Positions 1 to 11,700 of a stretch of 64,000 bases of DNA are shown piece after piece. The stretch spans positions 124,001 through 188,000 of the forward strand of contig NIVC01000875.1 in the NCBI GenBank assembly GCA_002269645.1, written 5' to 3'. A model generated the notes under the pieces. It searched no databases, was not told the origin of the DNA, and was given only the letters and a program-made list of their open reading frames with translations. This stretch comes from Macrostomum lignano (Eukaryota). Position 1 is the first letter of the stretch, and every line of letters starts with the position of its first letter. The position numbers and the translations under genes were made by a program.

Positions 1-2544
1 GCACCGGTACTACTAATGGCTTCAACTCGTGCAAAACGAAATGTCGTCGGACGAAACCCGGAAATTGCAACGAAACACGATGCTACAGTGCGGCGCAGTG
101 GGCGGTTATCGTTTTGTCGGCTGATGAAAACTACAATGACCAGCCCTGAGGGCAGTGTCGCACTGCGCCACCCATCCAGCATGCCATGCGGTCGTCGAAG
201 AACTATGGAGTTACGGAGAACGATTTCCGTGCGCCGATGGCTCCGTTGTCGCCTCTCCAAGCCCTCAGCACCTAGCAGACGCGCTCCAATCTGGTTGGCG
301 GCTATCTGTCTCTCCACTGACGTAACCACGTCAGCCTCGTTGTTGCTCGAGCCATGAAGGAGCTGTTGTAATCGTTTGTGCATGGTTTCGAACAACCCAG
401 TTGATTGATGATGTATCGGCCCACCGGAGTCTACAGCGCTCAGCATGTGGCAGCAAACTTGATGGGCGTTGTACGTAAGCGCCCGAGTGGAATATAAGCG
501 CGGTAAATTTGCGAGGAAGCATCTGAGGGACACCTCGACGTGGTCCAGTTCGTCCTTTGGCCCACCTTCAAGTCCCATCCAAAACACAGCCGTTGATAGA
601 ACTAGTAAATGGTTGTAGTGGTCCGGCGGCAGAAAATCACCCAGAACGAGCGGAGCGAACACTAAAATCCACATTTCTAGTTCGTGTCCACGAAGATGGC
701 GCAGGTCCTTCAGCTTCCTAACACTGTGGCGTTGCACTGATCGTGGCACGAGAATGCGATTGAGACGCTCGCCGACATCGCCAAGTCTGGGGTGCAGGTC
801 CGGACAGTTAGTGTCTGCACGGTCTGGCTTCTCATTGCGGATTGCGAACATCTGTAGCAATATCCGACGAACGAGCCCGCCGCACAACTGGTGCAAATAA
901 CAGGGCGGACAACCTTTTATAAAATCAAAGCCAGGCAGCCTGCTTAGAGGAGAGTGTCCGTACACACCGAGTACGTCGCGGCAAGTACCACCGCCGTTGC
1001 TCACATGTAGATCGGCAAGGTGCGAAGTGTCAGCAGCATTACGCACTGTTGTCTGTGTACAGCCTAGCATAGCAGGAGCGTTCAACATGGCGGGTGTAGC
1101 TTCGACGTGAAAAAGTCGCCCGCCGCCTTGCAAGTAACCGGTCCGCAGATAGCATTTGTCGCAGTATTTTCCGGAAAAGCGACGCATGCATAGAGCGTCC
1201 GCCCTCGCCGGGGCGTCCATCATCCCAAGGAGGGGATGGAGGCGCAGGACGCAAGTCTCGCCGTTGGCGTTGTTGTACGTTACACCTATGGTACGCAGGC
1301 TGGACAAGACGTTTACCATAACAGGCAGAAATGCGGCGGCCTTGACTTTTTGCTTGCCAGCCCACACTCCTGCGATGAAAACGTATCGCAGTTTAACTCG
1401 GTCGTGTACCTCTACGATGGAAATGTAGAATGGGCACACTTCGACGCAGCTAGTACTGAACCGAGGAAAACCATCGAAGCAGAAAACGTACGACAGATCG
1501 GCTCGGCGCTGTACATCGATGACCTCCAGAAAGTCTCGGTACAACGAGCTGTTGTACACGTGCAAAACGTCCGGCTGCACGTCGCGGTCAGCAGGCCAAA
1601 CGACGTTGTCAAGAAGTCCACCGCTCTCGATAGACTGTCGGATCTGCTGACGCACGTCGAATGCGTAAAAGTTGGCCACAGATTCTTCGCCGCAGTGTGC
1701 ACAGACGTCACCATCGGAAACGTGCCGAAAACGAGTGCGACGCATGCAGCTATTGCAAACGGCGTTGCAAACCGTCGAACCAATCGCTGACTGCGCTGAG
1801 CTGACGCACGACTCCAGACTTCGTCTTGTTCGCGGTAGACTACAGCCTGGCATAAGGCGATGAAGCAGCGCCATCAGTTTGTCGACTACATGATGCTTCA
1901 TGTGCGTCTCTATGACGAACAGCATAATGTCTGACGCAGCCTGGCCCAGCGTTCCCGGAAGCGCTGGATGGAACGGCTGATGCAGTTGTGCATCCGGTAC
2001 CGGCAGCGGTGCGTCTTCGTCGCTGTCAAAGTCGCCTTTGATCGAAAATGAAACGAATGAAATGACTTTAGAGGGAGGTGTATATGCATCTGCATCGCAA
2101 TATGCAATTATAATGTATGTGACATTACTTACTGTCACCGACATCTGAGAAGCTACTACCAGAGTCAGATGAGGATGCGACATCAACGCTCTCACGATTA
2201 GTCTCGTTGTCTGCAGATGCAGACTCACTGTTACAGTCGTCCGCAGGTTCGGTATTGTCACTGTCAGCCGATGGGTCGACCTGATCACAGCATGCTTGTT
2301 GACCAGATGTGCCACCGTCACTGTCACCAGGAGCAGGATCAACAGTAACAGCATCACTGTCATCGTCACTGCTAACAGCGCCGTTAGAAGCTGCACTTGC
2401 AGCGTCAGCGTCAGCTGACGTGCCAGCGCCGCGTTTCTCTACGGGGGATCGCGATCGGGCTGGAGTTGCCGCATTTAACTTTCTTCGAAACCGGTATGCC
2501 CGCATGTACAACCGCCTGTGCAGCCTTTTTTCATCGTCCTCCAT
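1..2544 (-). CDS. CACTA/EnSpm (CMC superfamily) DNA transposase, 2 exons, runs off the left window edge
   Basis: Exon 1 is 2544-2133 (MEDDEKRLHRR..., acidic low-complexity). The intron is 2132-2036 (GTAAGT...TTTCGATCAAAG, phase 1). Exon 2 (2035 to <1) translated by hand is stop-free and reads ...CNSC..CAHC..YVFCFDGFP..VCPFYISIVE..IAGVWAGK..GMMDAPARA..FSGKYCDKC..GVYGHSPLSRLPGFDFIKGCPPCYLH..HELEMWILVF..YNAHQVCCH..GPI..STGLFE, the motif series of animal CACTA transposases. The ORF track misses it because there is no stop inside the window. Confidence 0.85.
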
Positions 2545-3622
2545 ACGTCTAGGCAGCTGAGGGCGGGGGTATTACTGATTCATTAGCACGCGTACATGTC
2601 GAAGGAACAGAATCTACGAGTAAATGAGCTATAAGTTTATAAACTTATCTAGCGGTTTGACTTCTGTGACAAACTTAGACTTAGACTTTGACCTAATTTA
2701 AAATACTTCTTAGCTATTTCTTGTAGGACCTATGTAGGATATAATGGCCCTGCAGATTTAATGGCCCTGAAAATATAATAGGACGCGACTCTTAGCCAAG
2801 AAAGAAAGAAAGAAAAATTTAGGGTTGCTGGATTTTGGATAACGGATGTACGACGTATGGCATAAATAATACAGGAAAGAAAGAACAAGTGCGATAAACA
2901 AATTGAACCAAAACAGAAGACGTTTCCACTACATCTTCAGTAACGCATCAATTTATTTGACAAACGAACTCCCCAACATCTGCGAGGTTGTATTACCCCT
3001 CGCTGCTAGCCGCAGTTATCTCAGCAGATCGACTTACGTTAACGTAAGCCTCGACTCTCTTGTAAATTTACAAGAGAGTCGAGGCTTCTTCAACCCTCCT
3101 CCTTTTGCAACCGGGCTTGGGACCGGCTTTGCGGAGTTAAAGACAGCCAGTGTTTCCTACACTCAGCTGCTTCATTTTCTGGAAGCATCGGTACTTCCAG
3201 CCAGAAGCAGCCGAAGAAGAAGCCCATTTTTAGCGGGATAGCAATTATAGCCATTATTAAACCAGCTTTCCGAACCGGAATATTGTCCGTTGCGTACCGG
3301 TGAAACGACGGCTCGGCGCCCAGTCGAAATAACGGGCGAAAATCCGGTACAGAAATGACGCATTACCCCTCCTGCACCGGTTTTTCGTCACGCTCAAAAC
3401 GGATGCTCACATAACAAACAAGCGGACAATATTCCGGACGAATAACTGGCGCTCATTGTTCCGGATTTGTCCGATTCTTGGAATTTATTGGACCGGTCTT
3501 TGTCCGGTTTTGTTCTGCTCCGGTTTCGTCCGGTTGTGGTCCGAAAACAAGCTCTTTTCCGGCACAATCCGGGTGAAGGAGTATAAATTTCGGATCAAAA
3601 TCCGGCTGCAGAGTTTGGCGGG
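1..3622 (-). mobile_element. CACTA/CMC-type transposon, 5' part with putative terminus near 3622
   Basis: Contains the transposase. Region 3270-3605 is dense in short TCCGG/CCGGA motifs in both orientations (subterminal-repeat-like). It ends in GAGTTTGGCGGG, i.e. CCCGCCAAAC on the minus strand, followed by TA. The other end lies outside the window, so the TIR cannot be confirmed. Confidence 0.5.
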
Positions 3623-3735
3623 TATAGGCTGTCAACCAGCCACTGAAAAAACGCTATAGATGGTGACCGCATGGACAGCGCGAAACCACAGTTTTCAGCC
3701 ACAATAAGAAAGAAAAGCTACAACAAAATAACAAA

Positions 3736-4491
3736 ATGGACTCAATGACAGCTCGGGTGCCAGCTGGAGAATACCGCTGCGACATCTCCGATTTCGGCTG
3801 CAGATTCGTGTCCAACGGCCCGCAGTCTGAGACCCAACACTATGAGTCCCCTGACGGCAGGCGTGAGCACATACGCTTGGCGAGCGACAAGCTGCGCAAT
3901 CTTCAACAGACAGTCGATCGCTTGAAGCAAAGCGTCAGGCAAAACCAGCAGGAAATTGATAGAAAACAGTTGGAAATCGACCAGCTCAATAGGAAGCTGC
4001 ATCGATTGGAGGCTCACACCGAGCGCGTGATCTCCGTGTTCGAGCTGAGCATCCGGGATCTGCTCGCTGAGAACCCCGGCTGGCACAACTGCCTCACGCA
4101 AGAGTTCGGCTACGGCCTGGACATTCAGACCAGCCTGCTCGAGTCTCCGACTGGCGCCGAGTTTCGCTTCCGGCTGCGGCTGCGACCGACGCCGCACGAC
4201 CGAACTCTGCGGTGGCCGTTCCGGTCGACTGTGCGGGTCGCCGTTTTTCCTCCGGACGGCCACCGGCAGCTTCTTCTGGAAGGGAGCTCGGTCACTCTGC
4301 TTCCGGAGAGACTTCCGGCCGATCAGCGGAGGCTGCTGGAGAGACCTGAAGCAGCTGGAGTTGAAGAACGGGAACGTAATTCCATTGAGATTCGAGCTCC
4401 GGCTCGACTCAGCAGGGCCCAGCTGCTCAGTCTGCCTGATGGGAGCTCCTTCGCTGCTCGGGTGGTCCTGCTGCCGAAAGGAGCTGAATAA
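3736..4491 (+). CDS. Short TRAF-like adaptor (single partial TRAF zinc finger, coiled coil, MATH/TRAF-C domain; no RING), 251 aa
   Basis: N-terminal C-x6-C...H...H (CDISDFGCRF..QHYES..EHIRL), a heptad-rich coiled coil (KLRNLQQTVDRLKQ..LEIDQLNRKLHRLE), then a MATH-like region containing HDRTLRWPFRSTVRVAVF, which matches the TRAF motif D-x-L-x-WPF-x3-V. A possible splice acceptor TTTTCAG lies at 3692-3698. Confidence 0.75.
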   Translation: MDSMTARVPAGEYRCDISDFGCRFVSNGPQSETQHYESPDGRREHIRLASDKLRNLQQTVDRLKQSVRQNQQEIDRKQLEIDQLNRKLHRLEAHTERVISVFELSIRDLLAENPGWHNCLTQEFGYGLDIQTSLLESPTGAEFRFRLRLRPTPHDRTLRWPFRSTVRVAVFPPDGHRQLLLEGSSVTLLPERLPADQRRLLERPEAAGVEERERNSIEIRAPARLSRAQLLSLPDGSSFAARVVLLPKGAE

Positions 4492-5021
4492 ACAGGGCTG
4501 CAAAATGAGCCCTCTCGGTATTCGACAACTTGTCTAACCTAACCTATATTTCATATTCATTCAGTTCATGATTCCGCCTTACTGCTTATCTGCATGAGTA
4601 CAAGCTAGGGAGCACGAGATTTTACCGCGAGAGTTTTCCCGCTGAGGTTTTCCCGCAGGGATTTTTCAAGTCAGAATTTCAAATCAAATCCAGTCTATAG
4701 AGCTAGATTAGATTAGAGCTTAACTAGATTAGAGCTAGGCTAGATTAGATTTCATGCAAACCCAATGCGAGTTGGCGCGGTGAGATGTGAAGTTCGTATT
4801 TACACTTTTATTCAGCTTTTCAAGTCAGCACTGTAATTTTTCTTTTGCGCCTATTGCTAATGATACAATTTTTATCATTTCATAAAAAATTTTTGAAGTC
4901 ACGGTTATGCATATTTTTTACTATCAGAACTTTGGCAGAATATTTTTTTCTAAAATGTACTTTTTAATTGTTTACAATATTTTTATTGGAAAAATGGATA
5001 TTAAATAATAAGTATAAGGTA

Positions 5022-5150
5022 TCACCCCCATGGACTGATTTACCGGCCCACATACAATACTGAGGACTGTGTTGATGAGGGCTTCGCCTTGGCCAATCAA
5101 CGCAGTCCTCAGTATTGTATGTGGGCCGGTAAATCAGTCGATGGGGGTGA
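5022..5150. mobile_element. 129-bp fold-back mini-MITE flanked by TA
   Basis: 5019-5076 and 5096-5153 are inverted repeats (2 mismatches in 58 bp) around a 19-nt loop. TA lies at 5020-21 and 5151-52. Confidence 0.6.
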
Positions 5151-5745
5151 TACAATATTTGTCCCACACTCACTCAGCTAGCGTATTAAATCGTAGTCTA
5201 TGGCACAAGTAACAACTTTCAGAAGCTCAAACTGATACAGCAGAGATGCTGAGCTAATTCGGCAAAGAGAGGCAGGTGCACAGCCTGTAAGATTTGTGCA
5301 GGGCTTTTGGACAATAGGGCAGAGCTGATGAGGCACCGCTGTGTGCAGCTGGGCTGCTGTGTGCGGCCTCTGCATCTCCTTCTGTCTCTCCTTCCTCTGT
5401 GCGGCGCCCAGCCATGAGTTGAAGGCTGGGGTTGGGGCTGTGCGCGCTGTGCTCGCGCTCACATCGGAGCGGAAAAGACAGTGGCCTCTACTCGCCCCGA
5501 CCCCAGCTGTCCAAGCAGCTCCAGGCCAGCCGAGCTCAATGCCCAGAGGACAATGGCGAAGCTGAGGTTTGAGGGCCGAGCCAGCAGGCTGCGAACGCGT
5601 GACAACAGAGGCAACAGCATCCGCAATATGAGCAGGCAGGGTGAGAAGGAATTCGCTGCAGCTGCTCCAGGGCCAATAAAATCTGCTGCAGAGGCGGCCG
5701 CTGCCCTGCCCTGCCGAGCTGCGACCTGCGACCGAGCTTCCAGCA

Positions 5746-8700
5746 ATGGCAGAGCGAGGGCCAACACCATTTCCTGACGAAAGAGTAAGTAAAATTGAGA
5801 GAGCAAATTGATATCCATGAATATTTTTACGCTCGATTCCAGCTGAAAGAACTCACTCACATTTTTGAATGTGCAGCTTAGGTGCCTCAATTGAAGTTGC
5901 AGAAACTCACTCAGCCGGACCCCAACAACCGGGCAAGCGTCGGAGACTCACCAGCCGATCTCCAGACTCTCGCCCAGCTCGTCATCCGAGGTGACTTCGG
6001 CCGGGTGCGGTGGCTGGCAACGCGCCAGCTGGTCACCAGCGCTGATGCAGCTCGTCGGACCGTCCTCATGCTGGTGGCCGACGCTTCTGAGACTCTCGTG
6101 CAGATTGAAAAGTGCATCTTGTACTTATTTGAGCTTGGCGCGAACCCCAAGGCGGCTGACGTGAATGGCGACACGGCTGCGCACCTGGCAGCCCGGCGGG
6201 ACCACCTGCGGCTGCTGACGCTGCTGTCGTTCGATGCGAAGTGGCTGCGGAACGACAACGGCGCCACTCCGCTGATGGAGGCGGCGCGGACTGGAAGCTG
6301 GAAATGCGCCAAGCACCTGCTGCACCTGCTCAGGCAGTACAGGTTCAATGAGTGCAGACAGCACGGAAACTTGAAGAGGTCGCGGCTGCTCGGACTGCAG
6401 AATCCTGAGGGTCGGACGGCGTCGGGCCTAGCGAGGCTAAGCGGCCACGCAGAGCTGGCCAGCTACATCGAGCGGTGAGTGAGCAGTTCGCTGCTGTGTC
6501 CATCAAGTTTTGCAGCATTCGGCTGGGGCGGCCAGAGCTGCAGTCTCAGGCCAGCCAATCAGAGCCAGTCAGCTGAGCTTGTCTCTGACTGACTGCTTGA
6601 TGGACGAGAGCTGTGATTGGCTGGCTGCCTCCCAGCTAATGGGGTGCCGGTTGATCTCAGTCGAGAATGGAAGCTGTAGGGCCTCGGTGTGCAGTGAGAG
6701 TGTGCGGGTTGAGCTGCAGATGGAGAACTGGGAGGCTGTGCGTGAGTGCTTTATGAGACATTGCGAGATGGAAGGAAACCCATGCTGCAATAATGAAGAG
6801 TTGCGTGTAAGAAGTCGGATGTGATACTAAAAAGATTGGTCTATAGGTATATATAAGTATGTCATATATTTTAGAAAAATAGCTTCTTTGAAAGAAGAAT
6901 ATGAAAAGAAGCATCATGTCAAACATAAAAGTGGCGTCATGTCGAACGTAAAAGATTCATTTGGGAAGATTCATTTTCAAGATGTCAGGGCTCGGGGAAC
7001 TACTATAATGCTGTGACTCTGAAAGAATTGCCAAAGCTGGGGAATTGTTGGGATGCCAAGGTTTATGAATATGATGCACTTTATTTAATTAGTTGACGTT
7101 CCCTGTCCCCTGCGCATGGCTCAGCGTTAGTTTCTGATCGCATTTTTGTTTAATATCGACATTTATCAAATATTCCAAGTATAAGATGACACCCCCAGAC
7201 TTGTTTCTTTGGCGCAGTCGCAGTGCAGTCGGCCTGGAAGCGCAGTCCAAAGCTATTCTTTACGCCATAGGCAGCAAATTTGGGGTGTTAGTATTATATT
7301 TGAACCTAAGTATGACTCAGCCAGGCGATTCAATACAATTCGACATGGAAGACGGTTTACCTTCCGATCCTGGCGATTTTGAGACCCAGATATGGAGGTT
7401 TCTCCGGATCTACTGGACTTTCTGATACAAACAGAAAATGAGTCAGTGAAAATAAGAGACTATTTCAGACACTGACAGAAGCGGACTTTCAGCCAGAGAT
7501 TGAGGAGATCCCTCCCTCGACAACAAGAAGGAAGGCAGAATGGGAAATCCAAATCTTTCGAGACTGGCACTACGAAAAAAGCATCTCGTGGTCCATCTCT
7601 AATGGTTTTGGACGAAATGTTGAAAAGTGAGCTGAACTTTCTATTGAAGCCGTTTGTCCTGGAGGTGTGTACCAAGAATTGTGAATGTTACTCTGCGAAG
7701 GACATTAGGCCCGTTCGATAAAGCCATCGTAAGATAAGATCGTTCTCCGCAGTGTAAAAGTTCCGACGTACGATCGAACTTACGCTACGACAGCTTTATA
7801 GTACGACCCCATTTACTCTATGATTCAGTACTATACTCAACAACATTAAATAGTCGCCACCTTTGAGAGTGCGCCGTAAATTCTAGCTCAAGTATTGACT
7901 TTTGAGTGACGCAAGTTGCGTTACGTGACGCAGAGTGTAACTGGGTGAGAAGGTATTGGGAAGAGCCGAGGGTGAAGATTGGGTGGATTGAAGCTTCCGA
8001 CCGGTTTTCATTGTTTTTTCAAGCATTTTTTTCACATCAAAATGATTGCCCAGGTGATAGACGCTGGTCGAAAGACACTGCTCACTGGGGCAATGGGTGG
8101 CGACTTTTCAATGTTGCTGAGTATACATGCAGAATACGGTAAAAAAGAACTGGAGCTTGTGGAAGGACGTCGCTTTTCTGGAGAGCAGACGTGCTCTTGA
8201 TGCTGCAATGAAATTATCAACCAAGGATGGCAAGATATGTGAAGCAGCGCTGGATTCTGCCGCTGTACTTATGACTAAGTGACTATTTTTTTTATTAGAG
8301 GCAGGGGGGTTGTGTGCACCCTGGCGCACTTTAAGCGATATAGGCACACAACCGGCGAGAGGCACTACTGCCCATTCCGCCGACTCCCCTGAGAGCAGGC
8401 ATACAAGCGCGCGGATACGTACTCAGGCACACACTCACACAGGAGTGTACAGCGGCCCTAACTTTATTTATCGTTAGTAGAGTCGCTCGCTTGGCGAGAA
8501 GAATAAATAGAAAGCTTATTGTCAATGCTGCAATTCTTGACTGAGTGTGTCACACGCTCGAGTCTCCGGAGAGTCTTTTAGCTTTCTATTTATTTATCGT
8601 TAGGCATGTACACTTCACTGCGCCTTGGGGGGTTGGCTCTCAAGGCCGTTAATTGCCAAGCCAAGCCGAGCCAATCAGAGCCAAGCCGAGATTCCAATTC

Positions 8701-11700
8701 AGCCCCAAATTAATGTGACTGCACTTGGAATCGAGCCTGGGTCGCTGGCACACCAGAGCAGCTGCGCTACCGCTGGGCTACGGCCCCCCTGACTAAGTGA
8801 CTAGCTGATTGACTATTGAAATATTGACTGTACATCCAGTGTACCCACCACCCCGATTTCGTGCCCCGTGCGCCCCGCAACCCCAATGCGTTAATAATTA
8901 TATATTGAGCATCGTTTGTGTTAGCATCGTTTATGAATAATATATCGAGATTAAAACATCGTTTATTCAACCAAATCATCGTGATACTTAGTTTGAACTG
9001 TTAGTTAAACGACACGACGACAGTATGTATGGAATGATTTGGACTGACAGACTGACTGGCTTTTTATGTTCTGCCAGGGAAGCCTCTATGGTTGCTGCGC
9101 ACCCCATGAAAGGACACTTACCCGCCCCACCCCACTCCACTATACGAGTTTAGGGGCATGGTATAGACAAGGACGACAAGGGTATAGAATGAAATGGTGC
9201 TGTTGCTCATCGATTTCTCGCTAGAGAAGTTTGTACGCGAACTTTTGTAACACCTGTCGTTTTTTGTAGCTTGCTAACAGGAATGTATATATACACAGCC
9301 GGAGCTTCTGGAAAAATGGATCTCTGCAATGCAACGAAAGTGGACAACAGCAGAGTTGGAGTAGTTTCGCAGCGATCTAAAGCACAACTACCGGATCTGC
9401 TCGCTGCATTTTTCGGAAAGCTAAAGGTTTTTTTGTAACAAACTCTCAGGACTCCAACTCTAGACGTAAGCGCTCCGCATTTGAAAATGCAGATGGAGAA
9501 GCAAAGAAGCTGAAAAATCGACGGTTGAATTCTGATGCCGAACCCAGCATCTTTACAAAAGCGCAATCCTACTTGAGCAAAACTGTTCCTGAGGAGCGAC
9601 CTACCACAATGACATCTGCTCAGACCAGGCGAGAGTCGCTGCTCGGCGAGGAAGAGGCAGAAACATTTTGAAGTCAAAACTATCTGAGAAATGAGCTGTA
9701 GCATTGATTTATACTCTTATTAGACTTAGCTTTTGTTTTATAGAGTCATGTAAAGTGCTTTTTTATACAGCTTGCCCCAGCACTTTTCTACTCTGTAGGT
9801 AAGTTAATTTTACTCTTTTTTGCTGAAGTATCACCTAAGGCCAATCATTTTATTTTTTGTTTTACTATCTATTATTATTATCTATATTACAGCGCGATGG
9901 GTTGTAAAGTATTTTTCTGGCACTAACACAACGAAAATTTTTTAATAATACAACTTAACCTCGGAGACCTAAAGTTGTGAATGTTTTGGGTTGAATAGTG
10001 CAAACCGTATCTTTCTATGACTTTTAGTTAAAAAGTTACCAGTCATAGAAATGAAACGTTGCATTCATTCACTGCTTTCTGATTGGGCTTTTACCCCTAA
10101 ACATGTATGCTGCCTAAACTAGTGTCCCTTCCTGGGGAGCGGAGCGATCATACTCGTAGAGGCTTCCCTGGTTCTGCATTAGCTGATTTCACGGCCCTTC
10201 ACGGATTTTAAGAAATATTTCCTGGCCCAGCCTAGCCATTATATAAAATGCGTTACATACCATAGAACTGGACTGAGTCATGTCGTTTATAACTGCTCGA
10301 TTTAGAGTCAAGACTGAGAATCGCACGTGAAAGCGCGGTTCGAAATTTTTTCAACGCTTTTTGGATAACTGATTTTCATTAAATAGAAAAAAATCGCTTT
10401 CTGCAGAATACAAGTAAGCTTTGCGGAATTCTGCTTATCGGCAGATGGCTACTGTACCGACCAGAGCTCGTTAAAGCTATCAGCAAATTTCCAGCGTCTA
10501 AAAATTATTACGGATTTTCCAGCTTTCTTTGGTCTCGTGAACCAAGTTGGAACATTTACTCAAGAAGTTGCGGAGATAGCAGGCCCGCTGAGACCGCTGC
10601 TATCAGAGAAGAATATGTTTTAGTGGGTACATGAACAGCAAGAGGCTTTGGAAAGGCCTGCAGCAACCTCGCAAACACGCCTACCCTTGCCTACTATGAC
10701 CAGCGCAAACTCACGGCCTTGCACACAGATGCATCCCGGCTTAAGGGAATCGGATTCTTGCTCAAGCAGAGACAAGCCGATGGAAGCTGGCCCGTAGTCC
10801 AGGCGGGATCCAGATTCATCTCTGATACCGAATTTAGATACGCATTGATTAAGCTGGAATTGTTGGCCGTGGTCTGAGCGACTCAAAATTTTAAGCTTTT
10901 CCTAGAAGGTCTGCCTGAATTCAACTCATCATGATGCTACTAAATGCGGAACTGGACCCAAGTCTGCGTAGGGCGCATAGCGCATCAGCCCCAAAACACA
11001 ACACATACGCTGTTGCTTCCCTAATGGGTAGCGCTGGTTGCTAGTTAATGGTCCAAATTTATAATGAAAATTTAATCCTACAACTTAAAATTTATTTAGG
11101 CGATTAAAGTTTTCGGATTTGAGAAAATTGCAAATTCGCTGCTCATTTTTGCTGTTGCAGGGAGATGCGGCTGGTTGTGAATGCAGTTGGTGAGATCAAC
11201 GGCCTGACAGCCCAGGTGAGCGGCATCTGCGGTGCCGATGCGGCTGCAGCTGAGCAGCTGTGCTCAAATTTCCCGCTCGCCTTTTGCAGGTGGAGGCGGA
11301 TCGACAGGAACTGCAGCGGCTGGCCAAGACAGGCGACTCGGCGGAGCTGCGGCGAGCGGCGACCTGCGGCAGCTGCGACCTGCCTGACAGTTCGGGTCGC
11401 ACCGCGTTGATGTGGGCAGCTCAGAACAGCTCGTGCGGTGATGAGGCTCTGTGGGAGCAGCTGGTGCAGCTGGGTGACCCCGCCTGTGCGGAGAAATGTG
11501 CTGACAGTTGCCTGCACCATGCAGTCAGGACTGGCAATTCTGCCGCAGCCTCCGCTCTGCTGGCTGCCGGAGCCTCCGCCAATGCTACGGGTTTGTGGGA
11601 ATGGACGCCCCTCATGGGGGCAGCCTTTGCGCCCCCCGCCACCGCCGCCGCAGTCGGTCGGGTTCTGCTGGACTCAGGGGCGGATTGGAGCCAGCAGGAC

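Noticed and set aside
8715-8789. Functional tRNA gene
   Set aside because: The acceptor stem does not pair, and it forms the head of a TSD-flanked, A-tailed SINE.
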